Source of the DNA: Eledone cirrhosa | Taxonomy: Eukaryota | NCBI GenBank assembly: GCA_964016885.1 | Contig: CAXHJY010000861.1 | Coordinates: 258,667-322,666, forward strand | Length of the DNA: 64,000 nucleotides | Direction: 5' to 3' | Part shown: positions 27,334 to 38,748 of the stretch, piece after piece | Layout of the letters: each line of letters begins with the position of its first letter | Position numbering within the stretch: position 1 is the first letter of the stretch | Notes under the pieces: model-generated | Database searches by the model: none | Told to the model about the DNA's origin: nothing | The model's input: only the letters and a program-made list of their open reading frames with translations | Translations under genes and position numbers: made by a program

Positions 27334-27427
27334 ACCCCGACGGCTGAGCTCAAGCCGTTTCGACGGCTAATTCTGTACTGAATGAAAGTTTATTCTGGTA
27401 TTTAAATAGCCGAACTTATCAAGGGGT
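27334..27427 (-). ncRNA. Type I hammerhead, U3-A8 core variant (sense copy)
   Basis: ACCCC-UUGAUAA-G..CGGCUA..UAGCCG..C-GAAA-CGGCU(loop)AGCCG-UC^-GGGGU. Confidence 0.85.
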
Positions 27428-30400
27428 AATTCCATATATGGTCAAAGAGATAATCACCAGGATTGGTCACATCACAAGTTAGTAGTAAATCTGTGATGGC
27501 AAGTTGGTGGGGGAAGGGGTAGCTAAACCTGCCGGTAGGAGAAAAAGGGAGAGGGGGTGGAGTAGACCCATTCATGCGTTGGTAGTGCCAGCTACAGCTG
27601 GGTGTGAGGTCAAAGAGGATACTGGGGAGGGGGAGGGGGAGGAGGTCGAAACGTTAAGTAGAACAATGAAAGGTAAAACTATAAAAGGTACTGAGAGAAA
27701 AAAAAAAAATAAGCCAATTCTGGTGACTAAGACTTAAGTCACTCGCTATTGCTAGGCTAAAGAAATACATAAATAAATAAATAAACAAATAAGTGAATAA
27801 AAGAATAGATAAATAAATTTAAAAAAAAATTTAAAAAAAAAATATATATATATATATATATAATGTAGAATAAAAAAAAATATATATATATATATATATA
27901 ATGTAGAATAAAAAAAAATATATATATATATATATAATGTAGAATAAAAAAATAAATAATAATAATAGAAATAAACTAGGTGGGACGGAAATAAAGGGAC
28001 CCTTATACGAGGTATAAGTGCGTGTATCGTACGGTGACGGGTCAACAAAGGGGGGGCCAGAATACTAAAGAGACTACCACGAAAATAATAAAGGTTTCTA
28101 CCCCAAACACAGGGCCAGCAACCACCCAGTGCAAGAAAGTAAACTAGTACGAGAATATAATTCAGGGTCCCGCAAAAAAATACTAGTGCTAACTCTAAGG
28201 GTACCGCGAAGAAACAAAAAGTCTTATAGAAGCTACATGAAAAATCGGACGAAGTAAAAGTAAAGAACGGAAAATTAATACAGGAACCCCCCCCCCCCAA
28301 AAAAAGGGAAAAAGAAAAAAGAGATACTGGATAAACGAGAAATTAAAGCAAAGATGCCACTAAGAAATATAGAAGGCACGGAAAAAAGAGACAGCGGTCG
28401 GAGAAGGGGGCGAGTATCCGAAGTCTAACACCTCTGCTATAAAAAGCGGAGTCAGCCAAATCTATCATAGAATAGGGGAGGGGGTGGGGGTGCTGAAGCT
28501 ACAAGGGACCGATGGGCTACCTCGGGTGGGCGAGAAAAAGACGACGACAAAGAAAGGGAACTGGGGTAGAAGGACTAGGGGGGGGATGGGGGAGAATGAG
28601 GAAATATAGAGGAAGCGATAAAAGAATGTAAAAGAAGATCTTACGTCTCCATAGGCAAGCAGGGGTTACCCATTACAAAATAGGCAAGTGGGGTGTTATA
28701 GCCCTAGTCTACCCCCCCCCCCCCCCGAGTCATTATGGGGTTTGAGGGCGAGGTAAGTCCTACGTAATTGGTGTTTACATGCAGTAACCAGTTCATCTTT
28801 CTTGTTTAGGAGTTGGTCCGTCGAAAACAGCATTTGTAATGTTTCCTCCGAGCATAAGTTGCACGGACGGCGTCCTCCCGTGTAAGAGTTGGCTCTGGAC
28901 AGTAATTTCCAAGTGAGATCATAGTTGATGTTGTTGTCCTTGAGGTCCCATATGTGGCCCGGAAGTGTAGTGGCGTGACGCCGGGCCGGGTTTCGGAAGG
29001 TATGTCTGTGTTGGTATAGCCGGGTCTTGAAGTCACATGCAGTTAATCCTATATAAGCTTTGTTGGAGGTGTCCGTGCTCACGTTGCACTGGTAGATCAC
29101 ATTACGGTCTCTGCATCTGTTGTCGAGGGGGCAACTGGATCTATCAGGACAGTTGCACCTCCTGGTCGGCTCTCCACTGCTATTTAGGTTGTTTCATCCA
29201 TCGGGGTTGAGTTTTTTGTTGTTGGAGGAGACGATGTTTTGTGCGAAATTAGGTGTAGTGCTGTAAGAGAGTTTGATGGTATTTTTGTTAATTATGTTGT
29301 GGTAGCGGTGTTGTGGTGGGAAGTGTTTTTCAATGAGCCTAAAGAAAATTTTCCCGATGGGAGTTGTCACCTCGGCGTTGTGGGGAGGATTGAACCATGT
29401 TACATTGCGTGAGCGGCGGTGTCGCTGGTTCCGCTAATGGGAGCTGGACAGTAGGATATTTCCTCCCGGAAACCACTCCGCTTGAGGGCCTGGTTGTAGT
29501 AAGGCGCATGTTCATCGAATATCTTCTCATTGGCTGACAAACAGGATATACGGAGGGAGATGTTTTTGACCAGGTTGTTGGTGATGTTCCTAGGATGGTT
29601 AGATCGGCGGTGGATGTAGTGCAGGTTGTCATTGGGTTTCCTGTATGGGTAGTACCGGTCATTGAGATCGAGGGTAACGTCCAGGAAATTAACTCGGGTC
29701 AGGGACGTTTGTAGGGTTATTTTAAATCCCCAGTTGCGGAAGAAGCTGATTAATTGTTTACGGACCCGATCTGTACTACTGGGGTTGTACCCTTTAAGGG
29801 TAAGGAGCCCATCATCACGGTACAATCCAGCACCGAAAGCAGGAAACATATCGGTGAGTTTGGCTATAAGGAATAATCCTATAAGATCTGTGACCTCCGC
29901 CGAATCCATAGCGCCCATGCTGACGTCGAAGGGTGAGTCAGGAGCTCTTTTTATCCATTTGGAGTTGTCAAAGAGTAAGACTGTCTTCCTGGCGTGGAGG
30001 ATGATTTTTCTTTCCTGGTCAGTGATGGGCACAAGTGCTTCGGCGAAGTCCAAGGCGGCAGTAAGTAGCGGTAAGGTGATGGAAGCATAGTAGCTCTCTA
30101 TGTCGAACTGGATAAATTTAGTGTCTCGTTTATCCTCCAAATTGCTGAACCATGAGATAACTTCCTGTGTGTTGATCCATAAGCGTGTTGCTTGACTTTA
30201 GGTATCATGCGGTCTAGGATTTTTTTGCTGATTCTCCCTATGTCGGACTTCGTTGGGTTTATAAGCCTGATAGATGGTTTACGGTCGAAATCGGATTTGT
30301 GGTCCTTCAGTGTGAAGTAGGGTGTCCGTGGGTCTAGGGGTTCGGTGCGGTCGGCGACCCCGAGGCTGGAGGTAATTTGTTGTCCATCTCGATTAATGTC

Positions 30401-30778
30401 CTCGATGCATGAGTGGTTGGCCTTTTTATAGGTGGAGTTTAGGCTGCTCCTGATCAGTGTGTGATATCTGTCGGGGTTGACAAAGTATAGGTTCCCAGTT
30501 TTATCCGAATGCACCATGATGTCATTGGTGTTATCATACTCTGTTAAGTTGCTACGGAGTTTTTGTAGGAATCGGTTGTGTCTGGGTTTGAATTTAAGGT
30601 TCTTGACCAGTTGGAAGAGGTCATTCTCGAAGGGTGAGGGCAAGGGGTTCGGGGGGGAGATTTGTAGGTAATAAATCCGAATCTCTCCTTGGTACCGAAG
30701 TCTTGGTTGTCGCAGATTTTCTACTAACTTGTGATGTGACCAATACTGGTGATTACCTCTTTGACCATATATGGAATT

Positions 30779-30872
30779 ACCCCTTGATAAGTTCGGCTAT
30801 TTAAATACCAGAATAAACTTTCATTCAGTACAGAATTAGCCGTCGAAACGGCTTCAGCTCAGCCGTCGGGGT
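30779..30872 (+). ncRNA. Type I hammerhead, U3-A8 core variant (inverted copy)
   Basis: Same as 27334-27427; GUC cleavage triplet at 30865-30867. Confidence 0.85.
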
Positions 30873-31026
30873 CTTACTTGTTCGTATTACCCACTCTACT
30901 ACCCTAAGTATTGAGTACTTTGGTGCGTTATGGTCCACCTGGTTCCTTACCACATTTCCTTTGTTATATATATATATATGTGTACATGTACATATATATA
31001 TATATATGTACATATATATATATATA

Positions 31027-31066
<40 letters not shown>

Positions 31067-31180
31067 TATATGTACATGTATATATATATATATATATATG
31101 TGTACATACACATATATATATATATATATGTACATGTATATATATATATATATGTACATGTATATATATATATATATGTA

Positions 31181-31632
31181 CATCATCATCACCGTTTTAC
31201 GTCCGTTCTTCCACGCTAGCATGGGTTAGACGGGTTGTCCTGTTGTGGGCAGTGTCTGGTCGGCTGACCATGCCTTGCTCATACAGGAACTGATCTGGCT
31301 TGATTTCTACAGCTGGATGCCCTTCCTAACACCAACCTCATTTACAGTGAGTGCTGGGTGCTTTTTCGTGGCGCCTACACGTCCACTTTACAGTGTGGGC
31401 TGGGTGCTTTTTTGCCGTGGCACCTCCACGACCACCTTGCGGTGGGGGGGGGGGGCATATTGTTTATATGCTTCAGCATGTACCCATGGGAGGTCGGGTA
31501 CCCTGTATTACTGCGTGACGCCAGAAGTCACGGTCGTGTGTCATTGACTTTGAGAGGTGTAGTTGGGTAAGGTCTGCTTTTATCACCTCATCCCAAGTCA
31601 TCTTGGGTCTCCCCACTCCGCGGTTTCCATCA
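31181..31632 (-). mobile_element. RTE family B 3' fragment
   Basis: Matches 23975-24436. Confidence 0.93.
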
Positions 31633-31693
31633 TGTATATATATATATATATGTATATATATGTACATGTATATATTTATATATATATATATTG

Positions 31694-31733
<40 letters not shown>

Positions 31734-31771
31734 CATATATGTACATGTATATATATATATATATATATATG

Positions 31772-31820
<49 letters not shown>

Positions 31821-31906
31821 GTACATGTATATATATACATGTATATATATATATATATATATATGTACATATATGTACATGTATATATTTATATATATAT
31901 ATATTG

Positions 31907-31954
<48 letters not shown>

Positions 31955-31992
31955 CATATATGTACATGTATATATATATATATATATATATG

Positions 31993-32045
<53 letters not shown>

Positions 32046-32068
32046 GTACATGTATATATATATATATG

Positions 32069-32159
<91 letters not shown>

Positions 32160-32191
32160 GTATATATATATATACATGTACATATATATAT

Positions 32192-33008
32192 ATTGTATGA
32201 TGCCTGCATACGAACAGCAATGTTGCATGGCAGTGAGACCTGGGCATTGTGTGCAAAGGATATACGCAGACTGGAGAGAAACGAAGCTTGCATGCTCCGC
32301 TGGATGTGTAATAGTAATAAACGTGAACGGCAAAGCATAAACGAACTAAGGAAAAAATTAGAAATAAGAGGGATCAGATGTTGTTTACTCGAGAGAAGGC
32401 TACGTTGGTACGGTCACGTGATGCGCATGAAAGACAACAGCTGTATAGCAAAGTGCAGGGCAATAAAGATAGATGGTAGCCACGGAGTAGGCAGACCCAG
32501 AAAGACCTGGGACGAGCTGATAAACTCCGACCTCACACACTTACACCTCTCCAAGACAATGTCACTGGACCGAGACCTTTGGCGGTACTCAGTAATAGAG
32601 AAGACACGCCTTACCTAAATACAAAGTAAAACCTACTACAGTCGGCAGGCATCTCTAACAAAATACACCCCCGTCCCACCACCCCCACCTCATCCACACT
32701 GCCCCTTTCAATGTAAAGTTATGTTGGTGCCATAACATCCAGGCCGAAACATATGAGATCGTGTAGGTGTCATGACAAAAAAAAACACACAGTCCACACT
32801 GTAATGTGGCCGTGTAGGTAACACGGTAAAAACCTCCCAGACCCACACTGTAAATGTGGTTGGTGTTAGGAAGGGCATTCAACTGTAGAAAACCCGCCAG
32901 ACAGTCCTATGTGAGCAAGACAACCACTCTTGCCTCAAGTGGGAAAACTCGCGTCCAAACCCATGCAAGCGTGGAACATGGACGTTAAACGATGATGATG
33001 ATGATGAT
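32192..33008 (+). mobile_element. RTE family A, 5'-truncated
   Basis: [17 protein letters not shown]...EKTRLT*, 3' UTR, (GAT)n tail. Confidence 0.95.
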
Positions 33009-33032
33009 ATATATATACATATATATATATAC

Positions 33033-33105
<73 letters not shown>

Positions 33106-33385
33106 CATATATATATACATAGATATATATATACATATATATATATATACATTATATATATATACATATATATATATACACATATATATATACACATATA
33201 TATATATACACATATATATATATACACATATATATATATACACATATATATATATACACATATATATATACACATATATATATATACACATATATATATA
33301 TACACATATATATATATACACATATATATATATACACATATATATATATACACATATATATATATACACATATATATATATACAC

Positions 33386-33442
<57 letters not shown>

Positions 33443-33471
33443 CATATATATATATACATATATATATATAT

Positions 33472-33760
33472 AGCGGCGATGAATTAGTTTTGCGAGGTTT
33501 TTTATATGAAATCGTGTGTCGAAACAGATATTGTTATATTTGGGGAGGGTCATATTTGCGTAATATTGCCAGAATTAATAACAGAACACACTCACTGTTT
33601 GGTTGGTTTTCGCTTCTCGCTGTCTTTTATATATATATATCTGCGATCTAGCTTACTCGGTCCTCAATGTGCAACGAAAGATTTATGTAAACTATATATA
33701 TATGTGTTTGTCTATATTGTATCTGTATTATTTTTGACCGCCGGTCAGTCAATGGCAACA
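33472..33760 (-). mobile_element. Fragment related to the terminus of Penelope-like element 2
   Basis: 33478-33553 resembles 6706-6782. Confidence 0.55.
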
Positions 33761-33827
33761 TATACATATATACATATATACATACATATATACATACATA
33801 TATATATACATATATACATACATATAT

Positions 33828-34440
33828 GGTGGCTGCCAACTCGTTTTCGAGTACGGCCACTACTTTATATCCATGTAGGAGAACCCCTACCGATGCGCTG
33901 AACGAATGTGACTTTTTAGTCGAGCCAGCGACTTGAAAACTCTGGTACAAAGACTACACTTGTGACCATTATTGACACATAGTGCAGGGCCCATGGTACC
34001 ATGTGATGACAAGTGCAGAGAGATCTCCAGATATAAAGCAATGCCTGTGCCGTGAAGCTTTTATAGTGAGCAAAGGCACTGCACAAAGCCAGTCCCACTC
34101 TCTTAACCAAGATGATATTTACCAAAAAGAAGAACAAGTCAACATCATTGGATACCATCAGGGTTGCAGGTGTTATATCAGAGTTTTCCTTCTCCTAGAA
34201 TTCTGCCTTGACAAAGGCTAAGGGGTCATCTCTCCCGGTGATTTTGGATGGCTATTGAGTCTTAAGAGCTCCCTTGCCCTTTGACAGGTTTTGTTTTTAG
34301 TCCTGCAGGATGTCCAAAGTCACCCTCCTCACCAAGAAACCTTGGTGGGGTTGCCAGTTTAGTCACCAACGACCCGACCATGAGAAAGGTTGTACTGGGA
34401 TACATGTTACCAGTAGCACCAACTGGTGACCTGACATAAC
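33828..34440 (-). mobile_element. Non-coding repeat with RTE-type 5' UTR motifs
   Basis: Second copy at 42599-43006; CTAGGAGAAGGAAAACTCTGA recalled as an RTE 5' UTR motif. Confidence 0.6.
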
Positions 34441-34457
34441 ATATATATATACATATA

Positions 34458-34745
34458 TCATCATCATCATCATCACCGTTTTACGTCCGTTCTTCCACGC
34501 TAGCATGGGTTAGACGGGTTGTCCTGTTGTGGGCAGTGTCTGGTCGGCTGACCATGCCTTGCTCATACAGGAACTGATCTGGCTTGATTTCTACAGCTGG
34601 ATGCCCTTCCTAACACCAACCTCATTTACAGTGAGTGCTGGGTGCTTTTTCGTGGCGCCTACACGTCCACTTTACAGTGTGGGCTGGGTGCTTTTTTGCC
34701 GTGGCACCTCCACGACCACCTTGCGGTGGGGGGAGTGGGGGCATA
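34458..34745 (-). mobile_element. RTE family B 3' fragment
   Basis: Matches 23592-23872. Confidence 0.92.
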
Positions 34746-34765
34746 TATATGTATATATGTAAATA

Positions 34766-34803
<38 letters not shown>

Positions 34804-34844
34804 AGCTTACATATATATATATAGATATATATATTTATATATAC

Positions 34845-34885
<41 letters not shown>

Positions 34886-35053
34886 AATTAATAAGGTAAT
34901 GAATTCTTTTACAATGGAATCAGCTCGAATGAGGAAAAATATCCCCTGAGCAGTGTATAAATTAATATGTAAGTGATGAAACACAGATACCAACATATCT
35001 GTATATATATTTCAAATATATGTATGTATACATACATACATACATATATATAC

Positions 35054-35086
<33 letters not shown>

Positions 35087-35231
35087 CATACATACTTATA
35101 TACATATATATATACATATATACATACATACATACTTATATACATATATATATACATATATACATACATACTTATATACATATATATATATATATACATA
35201 TATACATACATATATACATATATATATATAT

Positions 35232-37696
35232 ACCAACAAGAGGCGAAAATGTCCTGGACCTCTGTTTTACAAACAACGAAGTGCTCATCCACAATGTAAA
35301 GGTGACACCAACAATTCTCTCGGATCATAACTTAGTAGTGCTAATGATATGTGGTCCAAGAGAACCAACAGAGACAAAACCACCAAGAAGCTCCGGGACG
35401 CTATCCAGCCTTAACTTCTACAAGGCTAACTGGAAAAAGATTAAGAGTGAAATCCGGAAGCAAACATGGAGTGAAAACACCGCCACACAAGACACTAACA
35501 CACAATTTCAACACTTCATGACAACGATACACACTGTGTGCAAAAAGTTTGTCCCGGAGAAAGAGGCAAACAGACACAAAAATCTTATTCCCAGAGATAG
35601 GAAAATCCTTATGAGACGTAGAACTAAACTCTCAAACAAGTTGAATAGTCAACAAAACAAAAACAAGAAGGAATCCTATTTGAAACGTGCACTACTTGAC
35701 ACCGAGATTGCACTCAAACTTTCACATGAGAATGAGAGGGCAAAGAAAGAGAACAGGGCCATAGAAAACATTAAAACAAACCCTAAGGCCTTCTTTAAAT
35801 TTGCAAAAGAAACTGCCTCAGTACACTGCAAGATTGGGCCACTCTTCCACACGGTTCATTAACCAAAAACGCCCCAAGAGATATGTGAAATACTGAACAA
35901 ACAGTACAAATGTGTCTTCACATGACCACTGAGGCACATGCAAATAACGAAGCCAGAGGAGTTCTTTGATGCCACAACACTACATCAAGAAATGGCAACC
36001 ATCAACCACATAGACATAACGGAGGAGGATGTGGTGTACGCCATTGATGAAATTAGAACAGACTCGGCTGCTGGACCTGATGGATTCCCAGCAGTTCTCT
36101 TAAAAATATGTAAGCGGGCCTTAGCAACTCCACTGAAGATGCTCTTCAGAAGCTCCTTGGCTAGCGGTGTACTACCCAGGGAGCTGAAAGAAGGCACAAT
36201 ATGCCCTATCCATAAAGGAGGTAGTAGAGTGGAGGCCAAGAACTATAGGCCAGTCTCCCTGACGTCGCATATCAGTAAGGTCATGGAGCGAGTCGTCAGA
36301 AAGAAACTAATCACTTTCCTCAAAGAAAATGACCGCCTGACTAGCACGCAACTTGGCTTCCGCCCAGGAAGAAGCTGCCTTACACAGCTGCTACATCACT
36401 ACGACTGGGTACTGAGACAACTACTAGACAGCTCACATGTGGACCTGATATATCTTGACTTTGCGAAGGCCTTTGACAAGGTCGACCACGGAATGTTGTC
36501 ACAAACTACACGGACTCGGCATAACTGGAAAAGTAGGTGAGTGGCTGCATGGCTTCCTAAGGGACAGAAGCCAGGCAGTCGCAGCAAATAGGGCCCTCTC
36601 GAGGGAAACACCGATAACAAGTGGGGTGCCCCAGGGGACAGTCCTGGGACCACTACTGTTTTTGGTGGCTCTCTCGGACATGCCCTCTGTGGTGCATGCA
36701 ACAACATCCCTCACTAGCTATGCTGATGACACTAAGGTAGCACAGGCAATCAAAAACCCGGCTGACGCTGCCCTTTTACAGCAGGATCTGGATGGCATAT
36801 ACAGATGGGCAGAAGAAAACAACATACAGTTTAATGTTGGCAAATTCCAAGCCCTACAATACAAACCTGCAAACACAAATATAGTGGAACACAGCTACAC
36901 AGGACCAGGAGGGACCGATATCCCCGTGTCAAAATCGATACGAGACCTGGGCATAGACATGAGCGATGATGCATCTTTTTCTTCACACATCATGAAAGTG
37001 GCGACAACGTGCAGACGGCTCGCTGGCTGGATCTTGAGGACTTTCCGGACAAGAGATCAAGACACCATGTTGACACTGTGGAGGACTTTTGTCCTAAGCC
37101 GCCGGGACTACTGCTCCCAGTTGTGGTCACCCCATAGTGTCAAATTAACCACAGAGCTTGAGGCAATCCAGCGCAGCTACACCAAGAGGATTGCCAAGAT
37201 GAGGGAGACAAGCTACTGGGAGAGGCTAAAGGAACTGAACCTCTACTCCTTGGAGCGAAGACAGGAGAGATACGCAGTGATCTACATGTGGAAAATCCTG
37301 GAGGGACTAGCACCAAACTTTGGCATTGGGAGCTGGACCAACCGTCGAACAGGACGTCACTGTGTGGTGCCAAAGGTCCCGTCTTCCACATCTAGAATAA
37401 GGAGCAGGTATTGCAATAGCCTGGGATTCAAGGGCCCTCAACTCTTCAACAGGCTGCCGAGGCATCTGAGAGACTTGCATGACGTGGAGGTGGATGTCTT
37501 TAAGAAACATCTCAACACCTTGTTATCCAGGATCCCGGATGAGCCCACAGCAAGACACGAGGGAAACCTAAGGGCAGCAGCAACAAACTCCCTCTTACAC
37601 CAGTGGCCAACCTATACAGGCTGGAGATAAAATGTGTAGCAACAAGGGCGGTGCCCCAGCATGGCCTCAGCCGGATGGCTGAAACAGGAAAAAGAG
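35232..37696 (+). mobile_element. CR1-group LINE family B, 5'-truncated and frameshifted
   Basis: [17 protein letters not shown] (APE end), [41 protein letters not shown]. Confidence 0.93.
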
Positions 37697-37884
37697 TATA
37701 CATACATACATATATACGTATATATATATATATAAATATATACATACATACATATATACATATATATATACATACATACATATATACATATATATATACA
37801 TACATACATACATATATACATATATATATACATACATACATATATACATACATACATACATACATATATACATACATACATATA

Positions 37885-37916
<32 letters not shown>

Positions 37917-38502
37917 CATACATATATACATATATATATACATATATATATATATTCTACTTCTTATAAACTACTTTAAATATATATATCATGCTACCTC
38001 GAAAGTCAAAAATCCCGCTCATACACCCTTCACCCACCATCTTCTTCATGAGGGGTTGCGGTCAGCCACTCTCTCTCTCTCTCTCCCCCTTCCCACTCTC
38101 TCTCTCTCTTCCCCTTCCCCCCCTCTCTCTCTCTCTCTTAGCTACACACACACACATATATATATATATAAGATAAATTCCCGTTCATGTTTATTCACTT
38201 TCGCCAAACAATTGCTGCTTCAACTATTCCTACTACGGTGTACCCATGTAATCGTAACGTTCACGTTTTTCCTATCTACTCCACGCCACAATTTCGTACA
38301 TAGTCCAAACATCCAATCTCGCAAAATCCGAAATCTGTATTTTTTGTTAATTATTAAGGTTTAAATACGGAGTTTTTGTCGTATTGAACAGAACAAATCT
38401 TGCAGTTTTGCTTTTTGTTAATCGCTTGTTAAACATTCATAACCTTCCAGCTAGCTACCCCACACCCCTCCCACCCGCCCCCACACACCACCATTCTTAA
38501 TA

Positions 38503-38631
38503 CGTGGACCAATCATAAGCCAGAGACCCCCCCCACACGCATCACCATTATTATTATTATAAGCCAGAGACCCCCCCCCCCCACACGCATCACCATTATT
38601 ATTATTACGCGGACCAATCATAAGCCAGAGG
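38503..38631 (+). promoter_or_regulatory. Tandem CCAAT-box repeats in the RTE-A 5' UTR (putative internal promoter)
   Basis: GGACCAATCATAAGCCAGAG occurs twice plus a partial copy; also at ~14768 and 12150-12222. Confidence 0.45.
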
Positions 38632-38748
38632 CCTATACTATCGCTTGCACGGTTGCCTTCGATATATGATGGATGGATGGATGGATGGACGGACTGCGGA
38701 ATCCTGGAGAGTGGAAGGGAGAGAAAAATCTGGACGCTCAGAGCGAAA

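Larger units (their letters stand above)
27323..30964 (-). mobile_element. Penelope-like element 3 with ~175-bp inverted terminal repeats
   Basis: RLINPTKSDIG, FDIESYYASI, GLYRDDGL, YRKPN, CNC..CPL..C linker, VIYQ..YIGLT GIY-YIG (28696-30643, frameshifted); 27323-27497 is the inverse of 30703-30883. Confidence 0.93.

Noticed and set aside
33478-33540. GATGA...GAAAC as a hammerhead
   Set aside because: No proper core or stem I; better explained as coding relic on the minus strand.
34940-34995. CTGAGCA...GAAAC as another hammerhead
   Set aside because: Core mismatch and no convincing stems I or II.
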